Source of the DNA: Vermamoeba vermiformis
Lineage: Eukaryota
Direction of reading: 5' to 3'
DNA length: 64,000 bases
NCBI GenBank assembly: GCA_045837725.1
Contig: JBEWZL010000287.1
Span: forward strand, 1 to 64,000
Shown here piece by piece: positions 25,966 through 40,019 of this stretch. The translations under genes were made by a program, and so were the position numbers. Positions within the stretch are counted from its first letter, which is position 1, and every line of letters starts with the position of its first letter. The notes under the pieces were generated by a model. That model was not told the origin of the DNA. It saw only the letters and a program-made list of their open reading frames with translations, and did not search any database.

Positions 25966-28347
25966 ATGAGTTTCACTGAAGTAAAACTCGTAGTGGTCGG
26001 CGATGCGTCAGTTGGAAAGGCAAGTGCACCATAATCAGATTTGGTCTTTAGCGTTAACAGTTTACGTGTAGACCTCCTTGTTCATAACTTATACTACGAA
26101 TTCTTTCCCTGAAGAATATATTCCAACGGTAATTAGCAATTAGTGCAATGCACTTTGTAATTCGTCTAAGACTAATATTTTTTTGCTAGGTTTTCGACAA
26201 CTTCTCGGTAAATGTAAGTGAGCATAATATTATATTTAGGCTCGTCATTACGGTAAAATTATTATAATATTTGAGATTTCATTAAATAGGTTATAGTGGA
26301 TCAAAAACTTGTTAACGTTGGATTGTGGGACACTGCAGGCCAATCAGATTACGGTAAACTTATATATATATTAGTGTCTAAATTTCTAACGGAAAAAACG
26401 GCAGATAGACTTCGTCCTCTTTCGTATCCAAACACAGGTACCCGGATGGAGCTTTTCCAAATTGTCAATCGCTAAATATTACTTCAACAGATGTATTTTT
26501 AATTTGCTTTGATGGCCGAGAGAGTTTCAACAACATTACAACGAAGGTAAGTGAAATTTCTGGGTGTTAAATCCGTTACTGAAATACTAACGTTGTTCTT
26601 AGTGGGTGCCTGAGGTAAGACAGATATATTTGATAAATATTGGTCTATTATGAACTATTTTCTTGAAGATCCGTAAACATTGCCCGACAACACCTTTCTT
26701 GCTCGTCGGAACAAAATCAGATCTGCGAAACGACCCTTATAGTTCGCATAAACTCGTACCAGTACATGAAGCTCAAGCGTTAGCTCAAAAATTAGGCACA
26801 AAATACGTCGAATGGTATGTATTAATTTTTCATACATCGTTATTATATTGTTGTAATTTTGCAAAAAAACAGTTCTGCAAAAACGCAAGAGGGCGTTAAA
26901 GAGACCTTTGACGAAGCAATCAGAGCCGTGTTGTACCCGAGTCAGAGACAAAGTACTCACGGCGATAACAGCTCGAATGCACCGTCGGGCGAGGATAACG
27001 ATTTTCCCTTCGCTGACTTATTTAAGAACGCTGTATTGCCTGCGTGTAAGTGTTGGATCCGATCTGCAGATGCGTTTTTTTCTTCTACTTCGTCTATCGC
27101 TCTAATCTTATAACATTAGCCGTAAGTGCTGCACAAGGCGTATTAGAACACGTACAAATGCTTACCACTGGTGAGACGGCGGATCCAGATGCGTTGAGCA
27201 AGTGTAAGAAGGATAACCATAACTAACAGATCTAAGAATCCGACTAACTAAATCAAACAGACCTCAACTCCACAGCGCCTATTCTCGGCAGATCAATTGC
27301 ACAAATGGCTGTGTTCAACGTCCTCGCTCACAAGGACATGACTCCGTTGTCTCGTGCAGAGCAACTCCGCGTCGCATGCACCGCCGCAATTGCAACACGT
27401 GCTACAGCTGAGGTAAGACTGCCTGGAATCCGTTAGACTACCGAATTAGGAAATACTCTTCAATACTTACGTGTCTATCTTTTTTTGCAGGCTACGTGTC
27501 GTTATATCGCCAAATTGTATCAAGAGCGCAGAGTCCCTAGCGAGCAAGAGTTGGCGAGTGCTGGTGCTGGTACTCTGTCCGACTTCTTGAATAGTGTTGG
27601 CAACACTGTTGCTGCGGCAGTGATGCGCGTGGTGTCCTTCATTTTAGACACAACGACCAACTCGACGAATATGAACTACAAATTGTCGACTAACGTACCT
27701 GCTGAACTCTCATTCTCGACCACGAGTTTTCACGAGCTAGACGTGCGTGCAAAGCTCTCATTTGCCACGGGCCTAGTCCAAAGTCTGTCGCGCTCTCAAT
27801 CATCAAACAACAATGAAAAAGACGTGCGTCAATTGGCCAATCAAATCGGTATCGTTGGTGCTCAAGCAGCATTTGACACCTTCGTTCAGAAGTCAGCGCA
27901 GTTAGAACACCGTGCCAATTTCTGCAAGACTGCCGCAGACCTTGCTAACAACTCACCTGCGCTATTAGCCGCCCTTAGTACGACTACCATATGGAATAAC
28001 GTGAGTGGATGCGATAGATCTAGATCCGAAACTAGAACTCATTACTTACTATTACTATTACAGGTCGATTCTTTGCGTCAATTCGCGCTCGAAATTAGCG
28101 TTGCTGCATGTGCGAATATGCTCGCTGAAAACAACACCGTAGAGATCCTTGACAAGGTGCACTCTTTACGTAACGAGCTCACTTTTAGAAGCGACGAGCC
28201 ATCTGAGTTGTTAATGGTAAGTTGAACTTTCATGCAACGCCACATTCGATGCAACTCTACGTGTACTTACTCGTTCATCAGAGCGCTGTGCCAATTGCAG
28301 CCTGCATTGCCGAGAGCGTTACATCCGCGATGTTGGCCTTGCTTTGA
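25966..28347 (+). CDS. Rho/Rac-family GTPase fused to a ~330-aa Ala-rich alpha-helical C-terminal domain; no CAAX box
   Basis: [72 protein letters not shown]. The frame continues through further exons to ...[10 protein letters not shown]. Confidence 0.8.
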
Positions 28348-29236
28348 AGAATTGATTAGTAGAGAAGAAAGACTTATAAAGTGTTTGTCAGGTCTTACCT
28401 CGATCGTTTGGCTTGCGATCCACCCATCTAGGCTTAACAAATAAACAACTTCTTACTAGAAAGGCTTTACAACTAACCACGCGAACTTCGCAAAATAGTA
28501 ACTGCTTTGACTATGGACGAGTATAGCGCGATATTATGAAATGGGGCAAGTCACTGCACGAGGAAAAACAAAGATGGATCGAGGAAGCAGATCATTTCAG
28601 AATCTCCAACCAAGGCTGGTTCGGCACCCATGATTGAGATTACAATAAACAATCCTTGCGATAGGTGCGTGCAAAAAGAAAACTAGGCACGTGGAACGAC
28701 AGTCAACCACAGCTTGTGTGAGGAGATGTCGCAACGAAACGGCTAAATCCAAAAAATAAATTCAATTTCGGTCCGAAAATTATGTAATCTCAAATTAATA
28801 ACTGAAAATTCGTGCTATAATTGAACTAAGCACCAGGGCTAGGAAAAATTCATCTTAAGCAGTGATTAATTCTGAAACTTTGGCCAGCTGCGGTGATGAG
28901 ATACGGAACAAGGCAAAAAAAGTAAATCGAGGACCTTCTTACCTTGTAGTATGTGCGCGCCTGCCTTCCATGACTAGGTTTGCTTTTGTTTTTGATAAGG
29001 TGGTGCGGATGTGGTTAGAGTTTGAGACCGCAAGACAATCAGAGAATCGGGTTCTTTGCGCCGTGCTATGACACTCGCGAGCACATAGAATCGGCAGGCA
29101 ACTCATATCTGTTCGTGTCGAGTTTGCTGTGAAAACAAACTGAAATTTAACTTTTTTGATCTTTCCGTACTTCGCGCTCGAAAAAAAAACCCTTGGGACC
29201 GACGCCGTTTCCCATTAACTTTTACAACAACGAACA

Positions 29237-30787
29237 ATGAGCAACAAGTGGGAAGTCATTCCACCTCCAGCAGAGATCCTGGAGCGGATTAAGGCCGACG
29301 AGAAGTTCAAGGATTTCGACTTTTTTGGAGCGCAGATGGTGGTCGAAAACTTGCTTATTGGACCTATTACAGTGGTAACGAATAGCAAACTGATGAAGGA
29401 TATTGGTATTACGCACGTACTATCAATAATTAATGCGAGACCACTCTTTCCAAAAGAGTTCACGTACAAAGTGGTTGATTTAAAAGATCTGCCCTCAGAA
29501 AATTTAATTATTCACTTGTTGGACTGTATCAGCTTTATTGACGACTGTATTAAACGAGGTAAGCAAACGGACATTTATACAACTGAATATACTCGAATTA
29601 ATTTTCAACTGCCGTTTCAATTTTCGATCTGTCGGCAAACGAATTGTAAAAATCCCGAATCAATATTATTATACCAATACTTTACTCGGTGCACGGAATA
29701 CACAACATCCTTTCCTTTAATCATTACTTTATCCTTTTTCGCCAAACGGTAAAACAATCCAGATGAAAAAACCGACGAATTTTCAAAATAATTTACTTTA
29801 GTTTAAAAGCAATAATCGGTTCTTATCCTTAGAACAATAAATTGACATTCTTATTCTTCTAATTTAAAATCCGAGCACCGGAGCTTAATAATTTTATGTA
29901 GTTCACTGAATCTACACGTAATTTTTCTAAATCTGGCTAATTTGCATGGAGAACTGACCCTTATTACGTGTAGGAGGCAAAGTGTACGTCCATTGTCAAC
30001 GAGGCGTGTCCAGATCTGCTGCAGTATGCGCCGCTTTCCTGATGTGGAAGTTGAAGATGACGCAAGAAGATGCACTTCAAACAGTCGCCGAAGCTCGGCC
30101 AGTAATTTGTCCCAATAGAGTAAGTGGCATATAGATATTTACTTAATCTGTCGGTTGAGATTCACGGCAATCGAAAAGCTTGCTTGGATTTCGAACAATT
30201 TTTTTGCTTTGTCATCAAAATAACGATTTAATAAGATCTTTTCGAAAATAATGATATTTATATAATTAAGATTCATTTGCACGAGCAGCATTACTCTATT
30301 TTTGCTGGATGTACCAGCCACTTCCTAACATTAATTAATCGGAGATCAAAAGTAACTAACTGCTTCATTCTAATAGGGATTTTTGAGTCAGCTAAAGCAA
30401 TTTGAATTGAAATTAACAGCATCGCGACGAAGAGCACCTTCGCCACAGATTATTCAACGCAAAACTTTTGTACCTCCAAATAGCGAAGCTGCGACAGATG
30501 CCTCGAGCGGATCTGCTGCACCAGTCGCTGGAAGCACGCACATTAATAGCCTGCCTACACATTACGAGGAATCCGAACCGAAGGCAAGTCCGAATGTGGA
30601 TGCAGGACGAACGACAATCTCCGAATCGGATCTCAAATTGAAACACAGCCAGGAACTGTTAAATAAGGAAACTAATGTTAATATGAATAATTTGGATCGT
30701 ATTATTGCCAGTGAAGTCGCGGCACATGCGATGCATAATGGTTTGACTCTGCCTACTCGGCCGGAGCCGATCAACTCGCTAACCTAA
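29237..30787 (+). CDS. Atypical dual-specificity protein phosphatase
   Basis: GITHVLSI, DLKDLPSENL, catalytic VHCQRGVSRSAAV, RPVICPNRGFLSQLKQFE across 3 exons. Confidence 0.9.
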
Positions 30788-31350
30788 CTGCGGATTTGAA
30801 GAACGAATACTGAAAATAATGTACAAAGTCTGAAATAAATGTATTATAATACTTTTCTTACAAAAGGCTATGCTGTCCCGTTCATAGCCGTTGCTTGCGG
30901 TTTAATTGCGGTACCGGTACCTCGCGACCAGCGGAAGATCTCCGGTCCATCGGATCCTGCTTTTGAACTTTACGGAACCGTTCAGACTACATCGGAATAC
31001 CGAAAGACGATATTTTGGGCTACGGAGTCTATTTTTTTTCACTAAGCGGTTTAAACCTGGAGGCCGATCCATTCCAAGTATATAAGATGGATTAAGTAAA
31101 AGACCGATGCCGAACCCAAGCAGAATCCTGATTTAGTAATGTTCGAGGAGTATATAAGCCTTTGGGCTAAAAATACTTTCCGGCGGACTATTTATAACGA
31201 AATAAATTTTAGTTTATTATCAACAGAACAACGGAACAAGGCAAGAGGAATCTAATTCTCCTTATTGCTAAAACAATTATACATTTTTGCTCAGATTGCT
31301 CGTAATCAGCTCGAGTGCCTGCCAAAGTCAAATACGAAATTGCATCTACC

Positions 31351-32280
31351 ATGCCGCGCGGAAAACAAGGCAAGAAGTCATCCAAAGAAGACGCGACTGC
31401 ATCGCCAAAAGTATCGAAACAAAAAGCGACTAAGCCTAAGGAGGTTTGGGAGAAGAAGATCACCAAGATCAGGTTAGTCCCTCACATCCCGCTACAACGA
31501 GCCGTTCCAAAGGCAATAGAAAGCAACAACGACAGCTCTCCTTACAAACGTGACGTATTCGAGCGTCATTTTAAGCGAGGGAGGGATGGCGAGCTCGAAC
31601 AAAAGTCCATCCGAGAGCACAAGAAAAATTCTTTTCGAACAGATATCCTTTTTACGATTATATAGCGACGATTTGATCATCGAATAACTCGATATAATTT
31701 ATGTTATATTCCTTAACGGCTGCCAACATTCAGATGAGGTGTCCAATAATACCGGAAGATCAGATGAAGAGAACTCAAACTCTAATGCAGGCCATAGGTA
31801 AGTTTTTCCAGCTATAATTTCCTATCTGCGCGCATTTCAGCATCTTTATAAATGAAATTGATTGCCGGGACCAATCCCGCATGCTATATTTAGCAATAGA
31901 ACTTTTTTCGCTTTTGGTCCGACGCTAAATTTGTAATTTCAAGATTGGAGGCCGACGGATCATACAGCTCATCACAGCCATCTAGCCCAAGCTCATCTAG
32001 CGTTAGCCCTTGCATTAGTACTCAAATTTCATTTTTAGTCGATCCGATCAACGACTCCAAGGTTCGTACCCATCGTATTTTTGCATAGTATGGGGCTAAT
32101 GAATTATTTAGATTCCTCCCATTGAATCGTGGGACGTCATTAAAAGGATCAGTCCAGGAAAGCGGGAAGGAAAAGAAATATCCGACAAAGTACGTTGCTA
32201 ACTTCCTTCACTGAAAATTTGAGTACTAATGGCATATATAGTAATGTTTGCTAATTGCCATGTATATATCACCTATTGTA
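31351..32280 (+). CDS. Hypothetical low-complexity Lys/Ser-rich protein, multi-exon; boundaries uncertain
   Basis: MPRGKQGKKSSKE start; several short open exons with GT-AG boundaries between 31735 and 32190. Confidence 0.35.
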
Positions 32281-32496
32281 AGCGAATATTTGGTGTGCGC
32301 ATGATTTTGGAACGAAGTGAAAACTCCGTTCGCATGCTGCAACCATTTTGTACTTTGTCCGAAAGTTAATTGTATCATAGCTTTAATATGTAATTATTGT
32401 TGTAATATAGTCCATAATAAACCAATTGTAGGATAAGAAATCTATCGGCTTTATGTGAATTTTGGATCTTTCTTACGTTAATCTTTTCCCTCGACT

Positions 32497-35400
32497 CTAC
32501 GACTGAATGTTGGCGAAAAAGTTGATAAGACACAAGTTATTATGGAAGAGGTCCTCCAAGTTTGACCAAGTGTTGCTTTGAAGGCCTTCGATATCTTGAG
32601 TAAGCTTAAGTAAATTGTCGTTGGACGCGATCGGATCCGCGTGGACCTAAAGAGAGTGGTTAATACGATATAGGGTAGTATAGATATTTATATAGCAAAG
32701 TACCTTCAACAGTACGTTTAAGACAGCTTGGATCAGCTCGAAGTTAGTACGTTTCAGTAACTGGTTCTTGATGAAATTGAGCACCATGACTACTTCCTAA
32801 TGATATTATATATTAGTAACCGTATAATATATATCAATCGTGTATTATTTAAGAGCATTCGGACTGAAACCGAGTGATAGTTTAACGAAGGAATACTTTA
32901 AGACAGAATTCTGCTAATAAATAGAAACTATTAGGGACGTACTTTGCAATCATCTGCCAAGCTCAATGATCGAATTTCAAAGTCGATAGCTGTTGGTGAC
33001 ATCGACTTGAGCAATTCCATCGCTTCGGAGTCTAATTTTGGAACGCGTCAGTATACAAACATTCAAGAAGGCTAAACTTACAATCTCCGGAGGTATTGGC
33101 GGACTCCAACGCGAGGATAAATTTAGTCTTAGGACGGATGGCACTCAAATTCAAGATCCTCGATCCCGATCCGTTCTCTTCGTCTCCGTCCGTTGTAGCT
33201 GTCGGAACAAATTTGGGTTCGAGACCAGGGATGGTACCCAACAAGAATGGTGCCTGAGGAGCCTCGGCAGGTTTAACAGGCTTGTTTCGTTCCTACGTAC
33301 ATAAATACATTAGTCCGAATGTTGGAAAACCTATTTTCCAAATATGGTAAATTTGAGCGCAATAATTAGTTTTTGGTTTGGTTACGAAAATAGCTTGCAA
33401 CCGCTCACGAGACAGTGACGTATATTGTTCATATGCCACCGTAGACATAATAAAATTTATCAAACTTTACCCTGATAAGATCCAGATTCACCAAAGTTTT
33501 GTACTTTGTAGCGGCTTCGTTGGACAGGGTAATTAGCTCGTCGCTTAGTTGCGATGGCGATGTCTCTAGGTCAAATTCAGAAGCCAGATCTTCATCTTCA
33601 CCATCCTCGTCCTAAATTTAAAATCGTTACAACAGATTCAAAATTAAAATTTTAATCATTAAAATGTAAAGCGGAGTAATTTTGAGGTAGGTACAGCACA
33701 AATATCTTACCATGCGATCTTCGTCATTTGAAGCGGCACTTTCGACAGCACCGACAAGGTTTGGCAAATCTGCGTACTTCGGTACTTTCGGAACAGGCTT
33801 CAAAAATATGTTGGTAAAGTACATCGCATTGGCCCTAATAATAGAATTAATATGATGAATTTCAAATCGCTATGGATTAACGCACCATAAATAAATTCCT
33901 CGTGATCCAACATGGCTCGTTGCTAAGAAGTCAGCTCGCGGAGACAAGCTCATGCTTACAATAGGCTTGGTTACTTTGAACCTAATAATAGTATTAGCAC
34001 CATATTTAAATCTTTCCTAACGTTTTTCTTACCAATCGATGCAGCGACCAGATGGAAGATCCCAATAACGAACACTACCGTCACTACCGGCGCTAATTAA
34101 GTGTCTAGCATCACCACTCAGCGCCTTTTAAATAATATTAGTAAGTGGTCTAATTAAAAAGCGAAATTGAATTGAGAAAATAGATCAGAAAAAATTCAGA
34201 TTAAATGTAGACTTACGATATCAGTAATAGTAGCTCCATCAGCGCGATGACTTTCAAATCTTCTGACCAAATTCTGCGTATCTACATCGAAGACGCGAAT
34301 AACACCGTCATCTGAGACCACTGCCAACAACGAGCTCTCTTTGTTCAATTGGAACTTGCTTACAGGTGCTTCAACTTGGACTGTCTTCAACAATTTGTGG
34401 CTTTCAAAGTCCCAGAACTGAACAATAATCAAACGTCAGTATGAAAAATTCAAAAAAAGATTCTCTCGAAATTAATTTTAGTTGTTCGTACTGAAAAATT
34501 ATTCGATATGGTGATTGCCGTACCTTAATTGTGCCATCTAAGCTCGCAGATATTAATATTCTGTTCAAAAGATCGACGGCCAAGCCTTGCACAGCTCCAT
34601 CATGAGCAGATTCACCATAGGATCCTCGGTGCATGCCAGATTGCAAGTTATATTTGTCAATCCATCCTGATTGCGATCCAATAAGCGCAAAGTTACCGCA
34701 AGAGCTGATAGCAACTGAAGTAATAGGAGATGCTCGTTCAGGACCCTTCGAGTAGAAGACGTGCTTGCCGAGCGTAAAATGCTCTTTGCGCCACGAATAG
34801 GCCTTAGATGAGCCCTCGTGACAGGTAACTACGTTATCCCACTCGCGTTGTTTCACAACGGCTACAAATTAAACAAATTAAAATCCGAAAATTTTCATGA
34901 ACTAAATTTGTTTTGCCACGCTAAATTTAGGATATATAGGATAAAATGACTTACATGCGTCGAAATCGATGAAGGGTGGCAGTTTTAAGTCTTCTTCAGT
35001 CAAATTATGCAACTTTTTAGCTCTAGAATCGTTTTGTCAGTTATTTGTACAAAGATACTCGGTCTTATTATCTGTACCTCGATGCCAAGTGACCTTGACT
35101 GAACTCGCGACTTCTTCTTTCTCGAACAGTAGAGAAAATTCTCAAACTGCGGTCTGAGCCAGCAGAAATGATCATCGACGATGTAACGAAAAATTTAATC
35201 CTAAGATGGATGCACGTTAGTATCATTACTGTATGGCCTTTTGTACGTTACGTACTTGTTAGGTGTACCAGAGTGGCCAGTTCTTGAGCGCAGGATGCGA
35301 GCGCTACCGTCCGGTTGGTCGAAGATCCAAACCTGAGTACCGACGGATGATTAGTCAACAGCCGATTGATTATTCATATGAACTTTAAACAGGCATATAG

Positions 35401-36844
35401 TCATTATCTTTAAAATATGCTCGTGCTATTCGGTGTATAGAAAGCACCGCGGATTAAATATTGATCTTAGGGTAATTAATTAGGAATAATATCTGTCTTA
35501 TTGTGCAGGCTTATTCTCGATAATAATGCTGTATATATACTAAACCACAGGGCTATTTACGTACCTTGATAGAATTATCCGTGCCAGTAGTGAGGAGTAA
35601 TGGCTCCAACTCGAAAAACTGAGCGCTCACCACGGCACCAGTGTGTGCGTTTCTGATGATGGTAGAGAGCTTTTGTTTGTCGAGGTCCCATACTGCAATG
35701 TGACCAGCTTTGCTTGTGGATGTGAGGAAGTTCTTTCCATCTAACAAAAATAGCGAGATTAAGGTTTTAGGAAACGCCTAAAAATAGCTATTCTGAACTG
35801 TTTCGTATGTTCCCGTACCTGTTCTGAAACTCAATGAAGTGACTTCTCCTTCTTCTTGTTTGAATGTGAACAATGTTTTATCGAACCTGGTAATTATTGG
35901 TTAATTTCTCCGCGGGCAGATCCGTTCGGTATGATCTACGTACTTCAAGTTATGAATAATGATTCTGCCGTCAGCAAGGCCAATAGCGACGACATCCACA
36001 GCAGGTGATTGGACGATGCATGTAACTGGACTGCCCCAGCCTTGGAAAGTATATACAAGTTTTTTAGTTGCAACGTTCCACAATTGGATCTGGCCCTCGC
36101 GAGTGCCGAGAACAATCTTATTGAGGTATGTGTCTGGATGCATTAAGCAACTATAAAATAGGGGTAAGTATGTTAATATAACGTAAATCGATGAGCTTAC
36201 GTGGCATTGGTGTATTCTTCCAACTCGATCTCATCCAAAAGGGAGCCTTTTCTGTAATCCCAAATTTTAAGCATTTTATCTTCTCCCGTTGATATTAAAT
36301 GGTCTCCGAATACTAATAAACAATTTACATCGCCTTGGTGACCGGTTAACGTCGCGACCTAAATCCAGATCGGGATTTAGCTTCCATTAATTAATTACGA
36401 ATAAATGATTACGTTACCTTCTTAGCACTGTGTGATACATATATTTCATTACCAGTGGCGGTAAATGTTAATTTTTTGAACATAGCAATCGCACGAATCT
36501 TCTTTGGATGTTGATCGCCTATCGTAATTATTATTGAAACGCTCCACGACAATACCAATATATTTATAAATATTTTATGACGAATTTCTAGGTTATTCTG
36601 AGCTTCAAAATTTTGGATCCAGATTTGACATACCAACCAAAACAACATTCAGCTTATCGCACTACAAATTAATATTAGTAAAATACAAATATTATTGAAT
36701 ATATTATTATCATACGTTATAGAGTTGAAACGACTTCTCCGTAGGAACTGCAGCGAAGTGGACATTGCCTTGACGTTGAAGCGCGAAGGGTGTCTTATCG
36801 CAGTATAATCCAATCGATCTAAACGGATGGAACACTTGACTCAT
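32497..36844 (-). CDS. UTP21: U3 snoRNA-associated WD40 protein Utp21/WDR36
   Basis: MSQVFHPFRSIG start, HPDTYLNKIV, QSPAVDVVAIGLADG, RILRSRTGH, REWDNVVTCH, SSCGNFALIG, PQAPFLLGT, C-terminal MSPTAIDFEIRSL and NFELIQAVLNVLLK. Confidence 0.92.
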
Positions 36845-36994
36845 GTTTGTTGCTTCAGATCCAAATAAACAATAAAAAAATGCGATCCAGATCGCAAAAC
36901 AACTTTTTCTAACTTCTCAAAAATTTAACCGTAGCACTTTTCATGCCTTATTTTTAATATTTTTTTTATTGTATGTATATTATTTTCGCAAAAT

Positions 36995-38242
36995 TTAGTT
37001 CTTCGCCGTCGGCCCAACTTTGGCCAAGCTGATCTGTTGCTGTTGTTTTTGTTTGATGTATTGCAGGTACTCGTCTTCAGGCAGCACAGGTGGTACAAAT
37101 CGGTCGTATTTCAACAACAGCAGCACTTCGCGCGGTAAATTTACATCTCGTGGTGCGAACTTTAGTGCTTCTTCAGCCTCTTCTGGTGCAAATTCTTTAA
37201 CTCTATTAAATGATATAAATTAGGAGCTGTATTAATATGGTATAGTGTAGCCGACAGTTAGAGTCGAAGTAAGACATAGGCAAATATTATTAATGATTAG
37301 TACAGTATTGCCAGATCCACTTTTAGGTCAGATCTGCGTGTCACGATTTCGCTTAGAAATTAACTTACAATTGTCTGGCTTTAATCCCGAGCACACCTTC
37401 CTTTTGCATGACAATAGGCGCTAAACTAGCTCCCACTGCAAATGAGAAAAAGAATGGTAGAATGAACACGAATGGTGCTGTCAAAAAAAGTAATATTGTT
37501 AGATCTAATCCACGATACATTTCTATTTCTATTTCTTATATATATATACAATATAGCATGGGCATAATATATTTACCATACGTTATTATGAGTAAATCAA
37601 TAATGTAGATTAGAGGTTAAAAATCAACTTACTCCATGCTAAGGCCTTCCTCACGCCAGTATGATATGGTAGTACGCGTAAATGTCGTGCGCCGATATTA
37701 TATACTAGTAATAAAGGTATAATCAGATTTGGATTCGAATCGGTGTCGTGTAACGGTCAAATAAAATTTTGGATCGAATCCAAATTGCATGTAACGGCGC
37801 AGATCTACTTGTTCGATAACGTACTAGTATATATGGTTGGTCCAACAAAAAATCCAATAGTGCCTATTTTAAGCATTATTTTTTTGCTTTCTTCCATAGC
37901 GCGTTGTTCGTTTGGTGTTAATTGATATCCTCGTTGCCTAAATTAGCCAATAAATTAACGAAAAAATTATTAAATATTCAGAATAAATTAATATGGCCTT
38001 ATTTATGCATTAGAAATCAATTTATCGTGTGACTCGTGCGTACCTCATCCAATCTCGCAGTTCTTTCCAAACGCTTAGTGCAGAGGGCCCATGTATCAGA
38101 CAATAATATTGTGATAATACTATTAATATTAATTAAGTTAATAATCGCTCTGGATAATTTATTTTTCGCCATCAGATCAATAATTTATTTCTGAAATGGC
38201 CAATAAGCATTTTAATTATTACACTTACTTTTTGCATCCCAT
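36995..38242 (-). CDS. Hypothetical small membrane protein, multi-exon
   Basis: Exons encode two hydrophobic segments (IGTIGFFVGPTI; APFVFILPFFFSFAVGASLAP) and end ...LAKVGPTAKN*. 5' end uncertain. Confidence 0.5.
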
Positions 38243-38709
38243 TGAAGATTATTAAATTCTCTTTTTAAAATTGGCATTTGAGCGTGTATTTCTGAGATGG
38301 GAGATCGGGTTCCTCTCCTTGGCGGGTCCCTCTCGAATTTATATAAAATATGATCCTCCAAAAACGCCATTAGATCGACTTTTTAATATATATTTACAGC
38401 GGTGACCTAATATTGGCTTCTGTTCATGACGGACAAAAAAAACTAGATCACGCAAACTGAATTCATTTAACTCAAACGAGCGAAAAGACCAACAAATAGG
38501 GACCTAAGCCATATTGCCCTTTATTACACCTCAATATATCGAGGAATTTCCATTCCAAGCAGATGCAGTTGTATTAGCGATCTCAGGGAAATCCATCAGG
38601 CTCGATGCCTCAACCGTAGTTATTCATAATTACACCCTAGATTTACAAATATAGTAACATTTAATTATAATTTAACAATACAAGGGTCTGGCTTGACGAG
38701 CTACGCAGC

Positions 38710-39596
38710 TTATTTCTTTGCCAAAGGATTGCGGATCTGCTCGTTGATAACACCCAACTTAGGAGCGTCTATTCGATTAAATACGATTAATGTAATGCTT
38801 CTTATAAGGAACAGGAAGGAATTCAAAGAACTGTAACGAAATTTGGATTTGCAATCTCGCTGAAAAAGAATCTGCTCCTTGGCAGTGAGACTCAAATAAT
38901 TGTCATATGAAACAAGGTAGTACTTACTTTTAGCGTTTTGTCCGGCCATATCTAAGACTTGAGTGTTCTTGTGCTCGCCACCACGAATTTGCTCGTTAAC
39001 TACATCTCGCTTGGGTGCGTCTGTAGGGCAAATAAGACGTTAAATTCATAATTCTTTCGAGTTAATTATAGTAAGGTAATAACTTACTAGTGGCGTTCTT
39101 AATATCAACGTCGTCAGTGACACGAGTACCGCTGGCGTGATCGGCATTCGAATAGCCGGTCATCGGGTTGTGGTTTGCGCAATAGACTACAAGTAAATTC
39201 GGAGTATTAATAATATTATCAAGCTATCATGTCCAAAATATCGAAGATGCCGTAACAAAATCTTTTTTAACGGTTAATCCGTACCTTTGCCGTCGAAAAA
39301 TTTGTAGCTGGTCAAAGTAAGTTGCCAATTGCATCCAGGGTTCATACCTATATGAATTATAATATTGAGTAATTTTCTAAGGCAAAAAATTGAAGATTTT
39401 TTTTGTTCTTCACGAATCCTTACACTTGAAGCAGCCCTTATGGAAAACTTGAGTATTAGTTGGGGGACCGCAAGTTACTCCTTCAATTTGGTAACTATAA
39501 AATTAGAACAGATCAGAAAACAAGCAGCATCCAAAATTGCGCCAGGCCTGCTTACACGGTCTTGCCGCACTTGTTGCACTTTCCTAATGAAGCCAT
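38710..39596 (-). CDS. Single LIM-domain actin-associated protein, LimE-like
   Basis: Spliced MASLGKCNKCGKTVYQIE...FHKGCFKCMNPGCNWQLTLTSYKFFDGKVYCANH, followed by two NAPK...NEQIR repeats. Confidence 0.8.
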
Positions 39597-40019
39597 TATT
39601 TATGCGTTAGTTACTCGACTCTTGGTGGTTGAAGGTCTAGTTCAAAATTTGAAATGATTCGGTTCATTTTTGAAAGCTTCGACGAGCACTCGGGGCCAAA
39701 TTACTGCGGGTCGTGGTGACCTATAATATCAGTGTCGAATATTGGCCTAAATACTGAGGCGTTAGGACAAGTGTTTTTTTCGTGCTGATCGAACTTCGTC
39801 AGATCTACGACATGTGGAAAACACTAATGGTTCAACGCGAGCGGAGATAATTTAGAGATTATTTTATGTTGACAAATGGCGCGTGACTAGTCATTTGGTT
39901 GTGAGTCGCGGAATAGGATAAATTTGACAGTCTACTTTTCATCAGTTAACTTTTATACCTCGAACGATTAACAACAAATCGTTACAATCTCGAATATAAA
40001 CCAAAGTATATTGATAAAC

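Noticed and set aside
28450-29120. GC-richer intergenic stretch, possible ncRNA or transposon relic
   Set aside because: No terminal repeats, tRNA/snoRNA boxes or credible ORF could be established by eye.
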